This document shows positions 7,210 to 15,233 of a DNA stretch of 64,000 nucleotides, in pieces. Each line of letters starts with the position of its first letter. Positions within the stretch are counted from its first letter, which is position 1. A program made the position numbers and the translations under genes. The notes beneath the pieces are model-generated. The model searched no databases. It was not told the origin of the DNA and saw only the letters and a program-made list of their open reading frames with translations. Source of the DNA: an uncultured Christensenellaceae bacterium (GTDB lineage: Bacteria; Bacillota; Clostridia; Christensenellales; Pumilibacteraceae); the NCBI GenBank assembly GCA_910587595.1, contig CAJULQ010000005.1, positions 883 through 64,882 on the forward strand, written 5' to 3'.

Positions 7210-10200
7210 ATGATAGAATACGTTTCCAAAGCCTGTCCGTTTTGCGGCGGCACACAGATCGATCGCGCGGGCGACGCGTATATTTGCGCCTACTGTCTGC
7301 AACCGCTGGACGTTTCGAGCGGTGTTTTGAGCGACGGCTACAACAAGCTGGCGTCGTTTAACTTTGCGGGCGCGGCGGCGTTTTTCCGATCGATGACGGC
7401 GTCGGCGGGCGCGGAAGCGTTTTACGGCTTGTTTTTGGCCAAATATAAGATTGCGGAAAACAAGCAAGGTGGCCAAACGCGCCCCGTGGTGTTGGGATAT
7501 TATCCCGCCTCTTTCGAGCAAAACGAGGACTACCGACAAGTGCGGCGGCTTTGCGAGAGCAACGCGTCGCTGTTGACAAAATTGGATCGCATCGAACAGG
7601 CGCGGGCGCAGTCGACGGGATCGGAACCGCCCGTCGACGTGTTGGTGTTTTGCGACGGCGGGGGCAAAGAGGGGGCGCAACGTTTTGCCGACGCGGTCAG
7701 CGCGTGCGGACGAAAAGCGCTTGTATGCGAACAAACGCCCTCTTTGGCGGTGTTGCGCGCGGCGCAAGCGGCCTACGGCTTTTTTGACGACTTGCAAGCG
7801 ATAGAGCGATTGCTGTGCGGCAACGCGCGCTATTTTCCGCTGTTGGAAAACGCACGCACCGAGCTTACGGGCGCCAAGCGACCCATTAAAATAGAATGCT
7901 CTTTTGCCGTGCCAGACGCGCTCAAAGGGGGCGCGGCAACCTTTGCCGATATTTCCGCGGCGGCCGAAGTGCGGCGGTTGCACGCCCTATTGGGCGGCCG
8001 TACGGCCGTGCCCTCGTTGCCGTTGCGGTTTTTGTCTGCACCCGTCACCAAACGGCGGGCGAGCACGGCCCACGCGGCAACGGACGTAACGCGCTTGCAA
8101 CGGCTGCTATATAACGGCGATTTTGCGGGCGCTTTGCGGGAAACGGAACGGGCGGCCGACGGCACGGCGAGCGCGGCGGTGTTTTGGTGCGGCTTTTTGG
8201 CGTGCGCCCGCGCGCGCGACGACAGTGCGTTGGTAGCGTCGCCCAATGAGAACGCTTTCACGGCCGAGGCGCTCGGCTATGCGAGCGAGGCGTTGTATCG
8301 TTGCGCCGACCATGCCGCCGCGCAACCGTATTTGCGGGTGCTTACGGACACCGCGCTTCGTTGTATAGACCGCGGCTTTTTGGCATTTGCCGCCCGCGCC
8401 GTGGACACGGCGTTTTGCTACGACTATGCCGACGACTACGCCGACAAGCTGTTGGCGCGGTTGCATGCGGCGCACGGCGGACTGCCCGCCGCCGAGGCGT
8501 TCGCGCTGGGCAAAAAGATCATAGACAAACTTTCGGCCGAGCAAGACGCGTCGCGGTTGCGCTTTGCGTTGCAACTAACGGACGATGCCTTGCGTGCGGG
8601 CGAGTGGGCGCTGGCGGACGACTGCATAGAAAGCTTGCTCGACCGTTTCGGCACCGAAAAAGAATTGTATTTGCGCAAGTGGCTGATCTCCAACCGCGTG
8701 TGCGATACGGCCGCTTTGCGGGCGGTGCCCTATCCGCGCTTGGGCGAAAACTTTGCCTTTTGTTTGGCGGTGTTGCCGCCCGAATCGCGCGCAACGCTGC
8801 TGAAAGATACTTTTAACGGGTTGTGCCGCGCGGCGGCGGCCGACGGGTTCGCGCCGCGCGAGGCGGCTTTGGGCGAGGCGTTGGCGCTCGGCCGCGCCCT
8901 TTCGTTGTTTGCCGCGCCCGTGTTCGGCGCGACCGATTATTGCGCGGTGGGCGACCTTGCGTTGCGCGAAAAAGATTTCGAATCGGCGGCCGCCTATTTT
9001 GCGGGCGCTTTGCGGTGCGACGGCCGCAGTTACCGTGCGCATTGGGGCGCGCTGTGCGCCGCCTTGCAGTGCGAGAACGACCGCCGCTTGGAAGAATGCG
9101 CCACGCCTATCGACCGTGCGGGCGACTGTTTCGAAAACGCATATACCACGGCGTTGGGGCGCGACGAGGCGTTTATTGCGCGCATAGAGGGCGTGCGGGC
9201 GCGGCAACGCGAAACGGTGCGCAAAGACGGCCACGTGTTTCGCCCTTCCGATTTCGTGATCGACAACGGGTGCGTGCGAAAATATACGGGCGAGGGCACG
9301 CCTAACGTGTTCGTTTCGGGCGTTACGGCCATCGGCGACGGCGCGTTTCGCGGCGCGGACGCGGTTAGCGTGCTTGTGGACGAGGGTGTTACGGCTATCG
9401 GCGACGGCGCGTTTGCCCACAGCGCCTTGCGATCGTTGCGCTTGCCCGACAGTGTGGTGCGCTTGGGCGCCAATCCCTTTGTAGGGTGCGACGACTTGGT
9501 AAGTTTGACGGCGGCGGGCAAGATCCGCGTGGAAAACGGGGGCGTGTATCGGGGCGATCGCTTGGCGGCGTTCGTGCCCTCTTTGGCGCAAAGCGACGCG
9601 TTTATTGCGTTGCGTTCCACGTCTTCGATAGCCGACCGCGCTTTTTACGGGGTGCACGGCGGCAGCATAGATCTCGGCAACGCCGCGCTCGATCCGTGCG
9701 CGCTGTATGCGTGCGAGGGGGCGTCGATAAAGGCCGCTCGCGGTGCGGCCGCGGCGCGCACGGGCGAAAGCGTTACGGGGTGCGACCGCATAGAAAACGG
9801 CAAGATCGTGTCCGCCGGCAAGGCGCGCTGGGCGTCTTTATACGGCAACGGCGGCAACAACATGGCGGCGGACGGAAACGTGTTGCGCGACGGAAACGTG
9901 CGCGTGGAAAAGATCGCCGACACGCCCCGCTTGCAAAGCGGCATTTTGTGCAAAAACGATCGCCTCATTTACGCGCACGAAAACGCGCTGTATGTTGTGC
10001 CCGCGGCGGGCGGGCGCGCCGAGCGGTTGGCCGCGGTGGGCGAGTGCACGGGCACGGGCGTGCTGTGGAACGAGTATATCGTGCAACCGGTGGAAACGCA
10101 AACGGGCGCGGCGTTGTGCTTTGTGGCGCCCAACGGCAAAACGGAATACACGGTGTCTTTGCCCGAACGGCTCACCCGTCCGCTGTGCTTATCCGGCGAC

Positions 10201-10833
10201 ACGCTTTTGTGCGTGAGCGATCGGCTGGTCACGGCGGTGCATTTGCCCACGGGCAAAACGCGCGGCCGCGTCATGCCCGCGCGCGTTACGAGCGTGCCGT
10301 GCGCCGCGGGCAACGGGTTTGTGTTGGCCGACGAACAACATGTGTATGCGCTCGACACTCGCTTGCAAGGCGAGGCGGTGCACGCGTTAACGGGCGGCAA
10401 CTACGCGCAAGGGCAAGGCAAGATCTGCCGCAACCGTATCGTTGGCTACAAGGGCACGGCCTATTGGGTGGAGCGCACCGACGCCAACGTTTGTATCGGC
10501 ATGTATAACGGCGTTATGGCGGGCAAGGCGGCCGTGCCGCGGCGCATAGCCGACTTTTTGCAAACGCAACCCGTGCTGTACGGCGATACGCTGTACGCGG
10601 GCGGCAACACGCACGTGATCACGGCGCGCATTTCGTCGGTGTCGGGTGAATGGACGTTCGGTATAGGGGACGATGTGGGCGGCAAATACGCCGAGTTGGC
10701 GGTGATAGGCGGCGCGTGCTATATAAACGCCATGGAAGGCGCCTACGGGCGGCTTCGGTTGCGCGCCGTAGCGGACGGCAAGGCGATCGTAACGGATATA
10801 GACAGCGGAGGCATATATGCCGCAAGAATTTGA
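7210..10833 (+). CDS. large multidomain protein: N-terminal Zn-ribbon, helical (TPR-like) region, BspA-type LRRs, C-terminal beta-propeller-like region
   Basis: 1207 aa. CPFCGG...CAYC at the N-terminus. LRR_5-like repeats (VTAIGDGAFRGA..VTAIGDGAFAHS..LRLPDSVVRLGANPF). A Gly/Tyr/Val-rich, repetitive beta-strand region at the C-terminus. Confidence 0.6.
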   Translation: MIEYVSKACPFCGGTQIDRAGDAYICAYCLQPLDVSSGVLSDGYNKLASFNFAGAAAFFRSMTASAGAEAFYGLFLAKYKIAENKQGGQTRPVVLGYYPASFEQNEDYRQVRRLCESNASLLTKLDRIEQARAQSTGSEPPVDVLVFCDGGGKEGAQRFADAVSACGRKALVCEQTPSLAVLRAAQAAYGFFDDLQAIERLLCGNARYFPLLENARTELTGAKRPIKIECSFAVPDALKGGAATFADISAAAEVRRLHALLGGRTAVPSLPLRFLSAPVTKRRASTAHAATDVTRLQRLLYNGDFAGALRETERAADGTASAAVFWCGFLACARARDDSALVASPNENAFTAEALGYASEALYRCADHAAAQPYLRVLTDTALRCIDRGFLAFAARAVDTAFCYDYADDYADKLLARLHAAHGGLPAAEAFALGKKIIDKLSAEQDASRLRFALQLTDDALRAGEWALADDCIESLLDRFGTEKELYLRKWLISNRVCDTAALRAVPYPRLGENFAFCLAVLPPESRATLLKDTFNGLCRAAAADGFAPREAALGEALALGRALSLFAAPVFGATDYCAVGDLALREKDFESAAAYFAGALRCDGRSYRAHWGALCAALQCENDRRLEECATPIDRAGDCFENAYTTALGRDEAFIARIEGVRARQRETVRKDGHVFRPSDFVIDNGCVRKYTGEGTPNVFVSGVTAIGDGAFRGADAVSVLVDEGVTAIGDGAFAHSALRSLRLPDSVVRLGANPFVGCDDLVSLTAAGKIRVENGGVYRGDRLAAFVPSLAQSDAFIALRSTSSIADRAFYGVHGGSIDLGNAALDPCALYACEGASIKAARGAAAARTGESVTGCDRIENGKIVSAGKARWASLYGNGGNNMAADGNVLRDGNVRVEKIADTPRLQSGILCKNDRLIYAHENALYVVPAAGGRAERLAAVGECTGTGVLWNEYIVQPVETQTGAALCFVAPNGKTEYTVSLPERLTRPLCLSGDTLLCVSDRLVTAVHLPTGKTRGRVMPARVTSVPCAAGNGFVLADEQHVYALDTRLQGEAVHALTGGNYAQGQGKICRNRIVGYKGTAYWVERTDANVCIGMYNGVMAGKAAVPRRIADFLQTQPVLYGDTLYAGGNTHVITARISSVSGEWTFGIGDDVGGKYAELAVIGGACYINAMEGAYGRLRLRAVADGKAIVTDIDSGGIYAARI

Positions 10834-13150
10834 AATCAAATGCGTGATAAGCGAAGAAGGCGTGCCGGGCGGCTTGAAAATAGACGCCACGCCCAAAAGC
10901 TACGCCAAATACAAAGCGCTGTTCGAGGCGGCGCGCGAGGTGCGCAAGATCGACGATTTTCGCGAACTGCGCGTGCCCTTTTACCCCGCGTTTCGGCCGT
11001 TCGAGTACCAGCGCGAGGCAGTGCTCATGATGTTGTCGCGTTTTCGCGGCAAAGGCATTTTCGGCGATCAAGTGGGGCTTGGCAAAACGGTGGAAGTGGG
11101 CATGACGGTGGCCGAATACGCCGCCCGCGGCGCGGTGCAAAACGTGCTGTTGCTGTGCCCCGATAAATTGGATTTCCAGTGGGAACAAGAAATGCGCGAA
11201 AAATTTTCGACGCACTTTACCGCCCGCCACGTGCGCACGTTCCGCGAAATGGAAACGAGCCGAACAAACGGCGTTACCATGTTTTTGATGTCGTTTGGGG
11301 CGCTTTTATCCGAGATCCGCGGTTTGCGCGAACGTTTTTCGGACGACGTGCGCCGCGAGGAAGATTGGGTGCTTTCCGAGGGGTTCAAAGCAGAGCGCGC
11401 CGCCGACTACGAAAAGCGCAAACGCGCGTTAGCCAAAGATAAAAAATTGTGCGATCGGTTGGGCGCCGAGATCGACGCGCACTACTTGCAAGTGTTTGAT
11501 CGCTACAACCGTTTGTGGCCGTCTATCCACATGTTGGTGATCGACGAGGCGGACGCGTTGCTGTCGGTAGATCCTACCCGCACGTTGCAGATCTACACGG
11601 TGGCGGAGCACCTCGGCAAGCGCAGCGACTTGCCGTATAAAATACTTTTGTCGGCCACGCCCATTCGCCGACAGCTAGCCGACGTGTATAAACTCATGCG
11701 CATCGTGCGCCCCGAACAGTTTCGCGATAAGAACGATTTTATACGCAACTACTGTTTCGGCAAAGCGCGGCTCAATGATTTTTACGGCGAGGAGATCCGC
11801 CAGCTGAAAGGGCTGATCGATCAGCTGTTTACGCGCAACCGTTTAACGAGCGCCACGGTGCAACGGTCTTTGCAACCGCTCACGGTGGCCGAAGTGCTTG
11901 ACGTGAACCTCAAAAATTTTGCCGCGCCCGATATGGAAGAACGGGTGAAAGAGGCGGTGATCGACGGCGTGGCGTTCGGCGAGAGCGACCCCGCCCGCGT
12001 GCGCGCGCTGGTGCGTGAGAATATGGATGCCTATGCGCGCGATACGGGACAGTCTTGGACGGAATACGTGCGCACGGTGCTCATAGATCCCGACCGCTCG
12101 CCCGTGCGCATCACGCGGGAAAAAGACCGCGCGTTCGCGCAAAGTTTGTTGCAACGCGTGGGCGATCAAAAGGGCGCGGAGGCGGACGCCTTGCGGTTTA
12201 CGTGCGAGGACTACACCATTCCGTCTAAGCGCGGCCACCATATCCGCTACCGAGAGAGCAAGCGGGCGTATGCCGATAAAGACGCGTTGGAAGACGCGCT
12301 CACGGCGCGGTACATGCGCAAAGCGCGGCGCGAAAACGACTATGCGTATTCCGACGAGGGCACGATCGCCTACTACGATCGCGCGCAGATAGAGTGCGAG
12401 GGCAAGTATGCGGAGTTCGACCGCCTCGTTAACGAGTTGCTGATCGACCGCAAAGCGGTGGTGTTTTCGGCCGCCAAACAGCGCGACGTTCTCATGCGAT
12501 TGGTTAACGACGTGCAAAAGGGGCGGGCGCTGGCGGGCGGCGGCGACCATGCCGGTTATCTCAAATTTCGCAGCAACGACGCCGCCTATAAAAACGCGGT
12601 GTATTTTGCGGTGAACGGCGAAGAAAAGGGCTTTAACATGCAGTTTTGTTCGCACCTAATCATTACCGATCTGCCGCACGACCCCAACTTGGTAGAGCAG
12701 ATCGTGGGGCGCGTGTCGCGTATCGGTCAGCACGACCCCATGCACGTGTACGTGTTCACGCCCACGGGATCGCTCGAATACAGTTTGTATTTGTTTTACA
12801 ACGATATTTTGCATTTGTTTTCCGATTGGGACGGTGACAACACGTTTATCATCGGGGGCGCGGTGGCCGCCTTTTTGGAGGACGCGCCCGACGTGCACCG
12901 CGAACTGTTGCGCCGCTTGGGCGCGTCGCGCAACGCGTACGGCGAAACGGCCGAAGTGGGCTTTGCGCCATTGGCCGAGTATTTGTGGGAGCAATACCAA
13001 GCGGGATATGCCATCGGATCGTTCGAAGAATATGCGCCGTGGGCGGCGTTTTGCGAGCATGTGCGCGAGAGCATACGCTCGTTCAAAGAATTGGTAAAAG
13101 AGATGGGCGAGCAAGAAATGTTTGCCGCCGACGAACAAGAGTTGTTATAG
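10817..13150 (+). CDS. SNF2-family helicase/ATPase
   Basis: Motifs GDQVGLGKT (I), LLLCP (Ia), VIDEADAL (II), LLSATP (III) and QIVGRVSRIGQ (VI). Overlaps the upstream CDS by 17 nt. Confidence 0.85.
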   Translation: MPQEFEIKCVISEEGVPGGLKIDATPKSYAKYKALFEAAREVRKIDDFRELRVPFYPAFRPFEYQREAVLMMLSRFRGKGIFGDQVGLGKTVEVGMTVAEYAARGAVQNVLLLCPDKLDFQWEQEMREKFSTHFTARHVRTFREMETSRTNGVTMFLMSFGALLSEIRGLRERFSDDVRREEDWVLSEGFKAERAADYEKRKRALAKDKKLCDRLGAEIDAHYLQVFDRYNRLWPSIHMLVIDEADALLSVDPTRTLQIYTVAEHLGKRSDLPYKILLSATPIRRQLADVYKLMRIVRPEQFRDKNDFIRNYCFGKARLNDFYGEEIRQLKGLIDQLFTRNRLTSATVQRSLQPLTVAEVLDVNLKNFAAPDMEERVKEAVIDGVAFGESDPARVRALVRENMDAYARDTGQSWTEYVRTVLIDPDRSPVRITREKDRAFAQSLLQRVGDQKGAEADALRFTCEDYTIPSKRGHHIRYRESKRAYADKDALEDALTARYMRKARRENDYAYSDEGTIAYYDRAQIECEGKYAEFDRLVNELLIDRKAVVFSAAKQRDVLMRLVNDVQKGRALAGGGDHAGYLKFRSNDAAYKNAVYFAVNGEEKGFNMQFCSHLIITDLPHDPNLVEQIVGRVSRIGQHDPMHVYVFTPTGSLEYSLYLFYNDILHLFSDWDGDNTFIIGGAVAAFLEDAPDVHRELLRRLGASRNAYGETAEVGFAPLAEYLWEQYQAGYAIGSFEEYAPWAAFCEHVRESIRSFKELVKEMGEQEMFAADEQELL

Positions 13151-13160
13151 GAGTCAAGCG

Positions 13161-15233
13161 GTGTCCGACAAAGACAGAGTAAACGAACTGAATACGCGAT
13201 TGGGCGGCATGCGGGCGCGGCGCAACGTGTCTACGCTCGACAAGAACGTGCGCGCCATCGAACGGTTGGTGAACGCCGCGGCCGATCGGTCGGTGGGGCT
13301 TATTTCGGTGTACCGTCCGCTCGACGAGGAGGAAAAGCGCGCGCTGCAACCGCTTGAGCGCGACGAGATCGCCAACGCGTATCACGTGGAAACGGCGGGG
13401 GACAACCGCGTTCGCTACATAACCTATAAACCGCGGGTGGAGCAAGGCGCGGGCGGCGCGCTCGAGCACGTGAATCGCTCCACGCCGTTCGTGCAGTCGT
13501 TGCTCGAAAAGGTGAGCAACGAATATTCGTTTTTGTATTGCCACAGCAAAGTGCGTGCGTGCTCGGTGCCTTTGCCGCCCGCGGCAAGCGGATTTGCGGT
13601 GCAAGCGGGCGAAACGGAGCACCTCGAAGGCAAAAACAAATACGAGCTGTTTTTTCTCATAGAATGCAAAGACAACATAGACGCGGGCGAGCGTATCGGC
13701 AATATCATAGACAGCGTGCTGTTAGACGTAGACGGCGAGAGCGGCGACTTTTTCGCGCGCATGTCGTACGCCTCGCTCACGCACGAGGACGAAGAGGACG
13801 AGGAGGATATGCCGTTTGTGGAGCCCGCGGTGCAAAGCCAGCTCAACGACATTATTTTGCAGATCCGCGAATTGCCCAAGGTGCGCGAGCGCATCGTCGA
13901 CTTTTTGGCGGGATGCGAGCAGAGCGAACTGCACGCCTTTCTCGCCGCGCGCAACGAGGCGTTCGTGCGCATGCGCGAGGTGTCGCCCCAAGATATCAAC
14001 GCGTTCAATTCCACCGTTACGTGCAGAGTATTGCCCATCGGCGTGTTTTTGAACGCGATAGACAACGACCGCATTCCCTACACGGTAACGGGTAAAAACG
14101 GCGAACGCGCTGTGTTTTGCACCGAGCTAAATCCCGCCGCGCCCTTTTCGGCGCACGTGTGCCCGCACTGCGGCGCGGCGCTCACGCCCGACAACGGCGT
14201 GTTGGCGGCGTCTACGCGCGAGGGATACCGCGTGGGGTGCGAAAAGTGCGCGTCGCGTTGCGCGCACAAAAACTGCAAAACGTACGCTTTCGATTCGCAA
14301 GGTTGCGCGGTGTGCCACAAGATCTTGTGCCCTACGCATTCGTTGCCGAGCGCGGATTCGTTGCACTCGCTGTGCCGCGAGTGCGCGCGCGTGTTCCGCG
14401 ATCCGTCGGGCGCGCCGCTTGCGCCGTCGGATGCGGCGGTGCGCGGCGAAGAAGAGTTTTACGTGCGCGACAACGTGGAACGGCTTGGCAAAACGGGCGC
14501 GCTCAACATGTTCAAAACGGTCAAACTGCTACGCAAGTCGCTGTGCGTTTTGTGTAAGACGGCGGCCGATCGGCGCGCTTATTATCTCAAGAACGAAACG
14601 GCCGATTGCCCGACGTGCGGCGAACACTATTTGAAAACGGCGCTCAAAAAAACGCGCGACACGGGCGAGAAATTGTGCGATAACTGCCGCTTGGATTGCG
14701 CGTGCGGCAACGTGGTGGCCAAGAAAAACGCCCACATGTGCGCCGCCGACGGTTGCGATCGCGGCTTTTGCGAAAAGTGTTTTTCGGCGCGGCAAACGCC
14801 CAAGGGCTACGCGGCCGCGGTAAAAAGAATGGGTCAGCGCAAGGCGGCCACGCAAGCGGGCGACGCGTTGCTGTGCAACGAGCACGTGGCGGTGTGCAAA
14901 GTGTGCGGCGTTGCTCTGCCCAAAAACGAGTTGCGCGTTTGCCCCGATTGCGGGGGCGGATATTGCGCATCGTGCGAGCGCGACGGCAAATGCCGCACGT
15001 GCGCTGCGGCCGATACGGTCACGGTCGAAAACTACAAAAGCGTGTCGTCGCGCACGCGGCGCATGCGGTTGAACGCGTTGCCGCTGCGCGATCGCTTGGG
15101 CAAAACGGCGGTGATCGAAGACCACGAAACGGTGGTGTTCGTAACGCTGCCCACCGTGCCGCTGTTGCGCCTTTCGGCCGTAAAACGCGTGCACCATAAA
15201 CTCACGGGCAAAACGGAGGTGATCCGAAAATGA
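13161..15233 (+). CDS. cysteine-rich protein with multiple zinc-ribbon-like units
   Basis: ORF open from 13122. The likely start is GTG 13161, 7 nt after AGGAG. At least 12 CxxC dyads counted by eye in the C-terminal two thirds. No catalytic motif recognised. Confidence 0.65.
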   Translation: MSDKDRVNELNTRLGGMRARRNVSTLDKNVRAIERLVNAAADRSVGLISVYRPLDEEEKRALQPLERDEIANAYHVETAGDNRVRYITYKPRVEQGAGGALEHVNRSTPFVQSLLEKVSNEYSFLYCHSKVRACSVPLPPAASGFAVQAGETEHLEGKNKYELFFLIECKDNIDAGERIGNIIDSVLLDVDGESGDFFARMSYASLTHEDEEDEEDMPFVEPAVQSQLNDIILQIRELPKVRERIVDFLAGCEQSELHAFLAARNEAFVRMREVSPQDINAFNSTVTCRVLPIGVFLNAIDNDRIPYTVTGKNGERAVFCTELNPAAPFSAHVCPHCGAALTPDNGVLAASTREGYRVGCEKCASRCAHKNCKTYAFDSQGCAVCHKILCPTHSLPSADSLHSLCRECARVFRDPSGAPLAPSDAAVRGEEEFYVRDNVERLGKTGALNMFKTVKLLRKSLCVLCKTAADRRAYYLKNETADCPTCGEHYLKTALKKTRDTGEKLCDNCRLDCACGNVVAKKNAHMCAADGCDRGFCEKCFSARQTPKGYAAAVKRMGQRKAATQAGDALLCNEHVAVCKVCGVALPKNELRVCPDCGGGYCASCERDGKCRTCAAADTVTVENYKSVSSRTRRMRLNALPLRDRLGKTAVIEDHETVVFVTLPTVPLLRLSAVKRVHHKLTGKTEVIRK

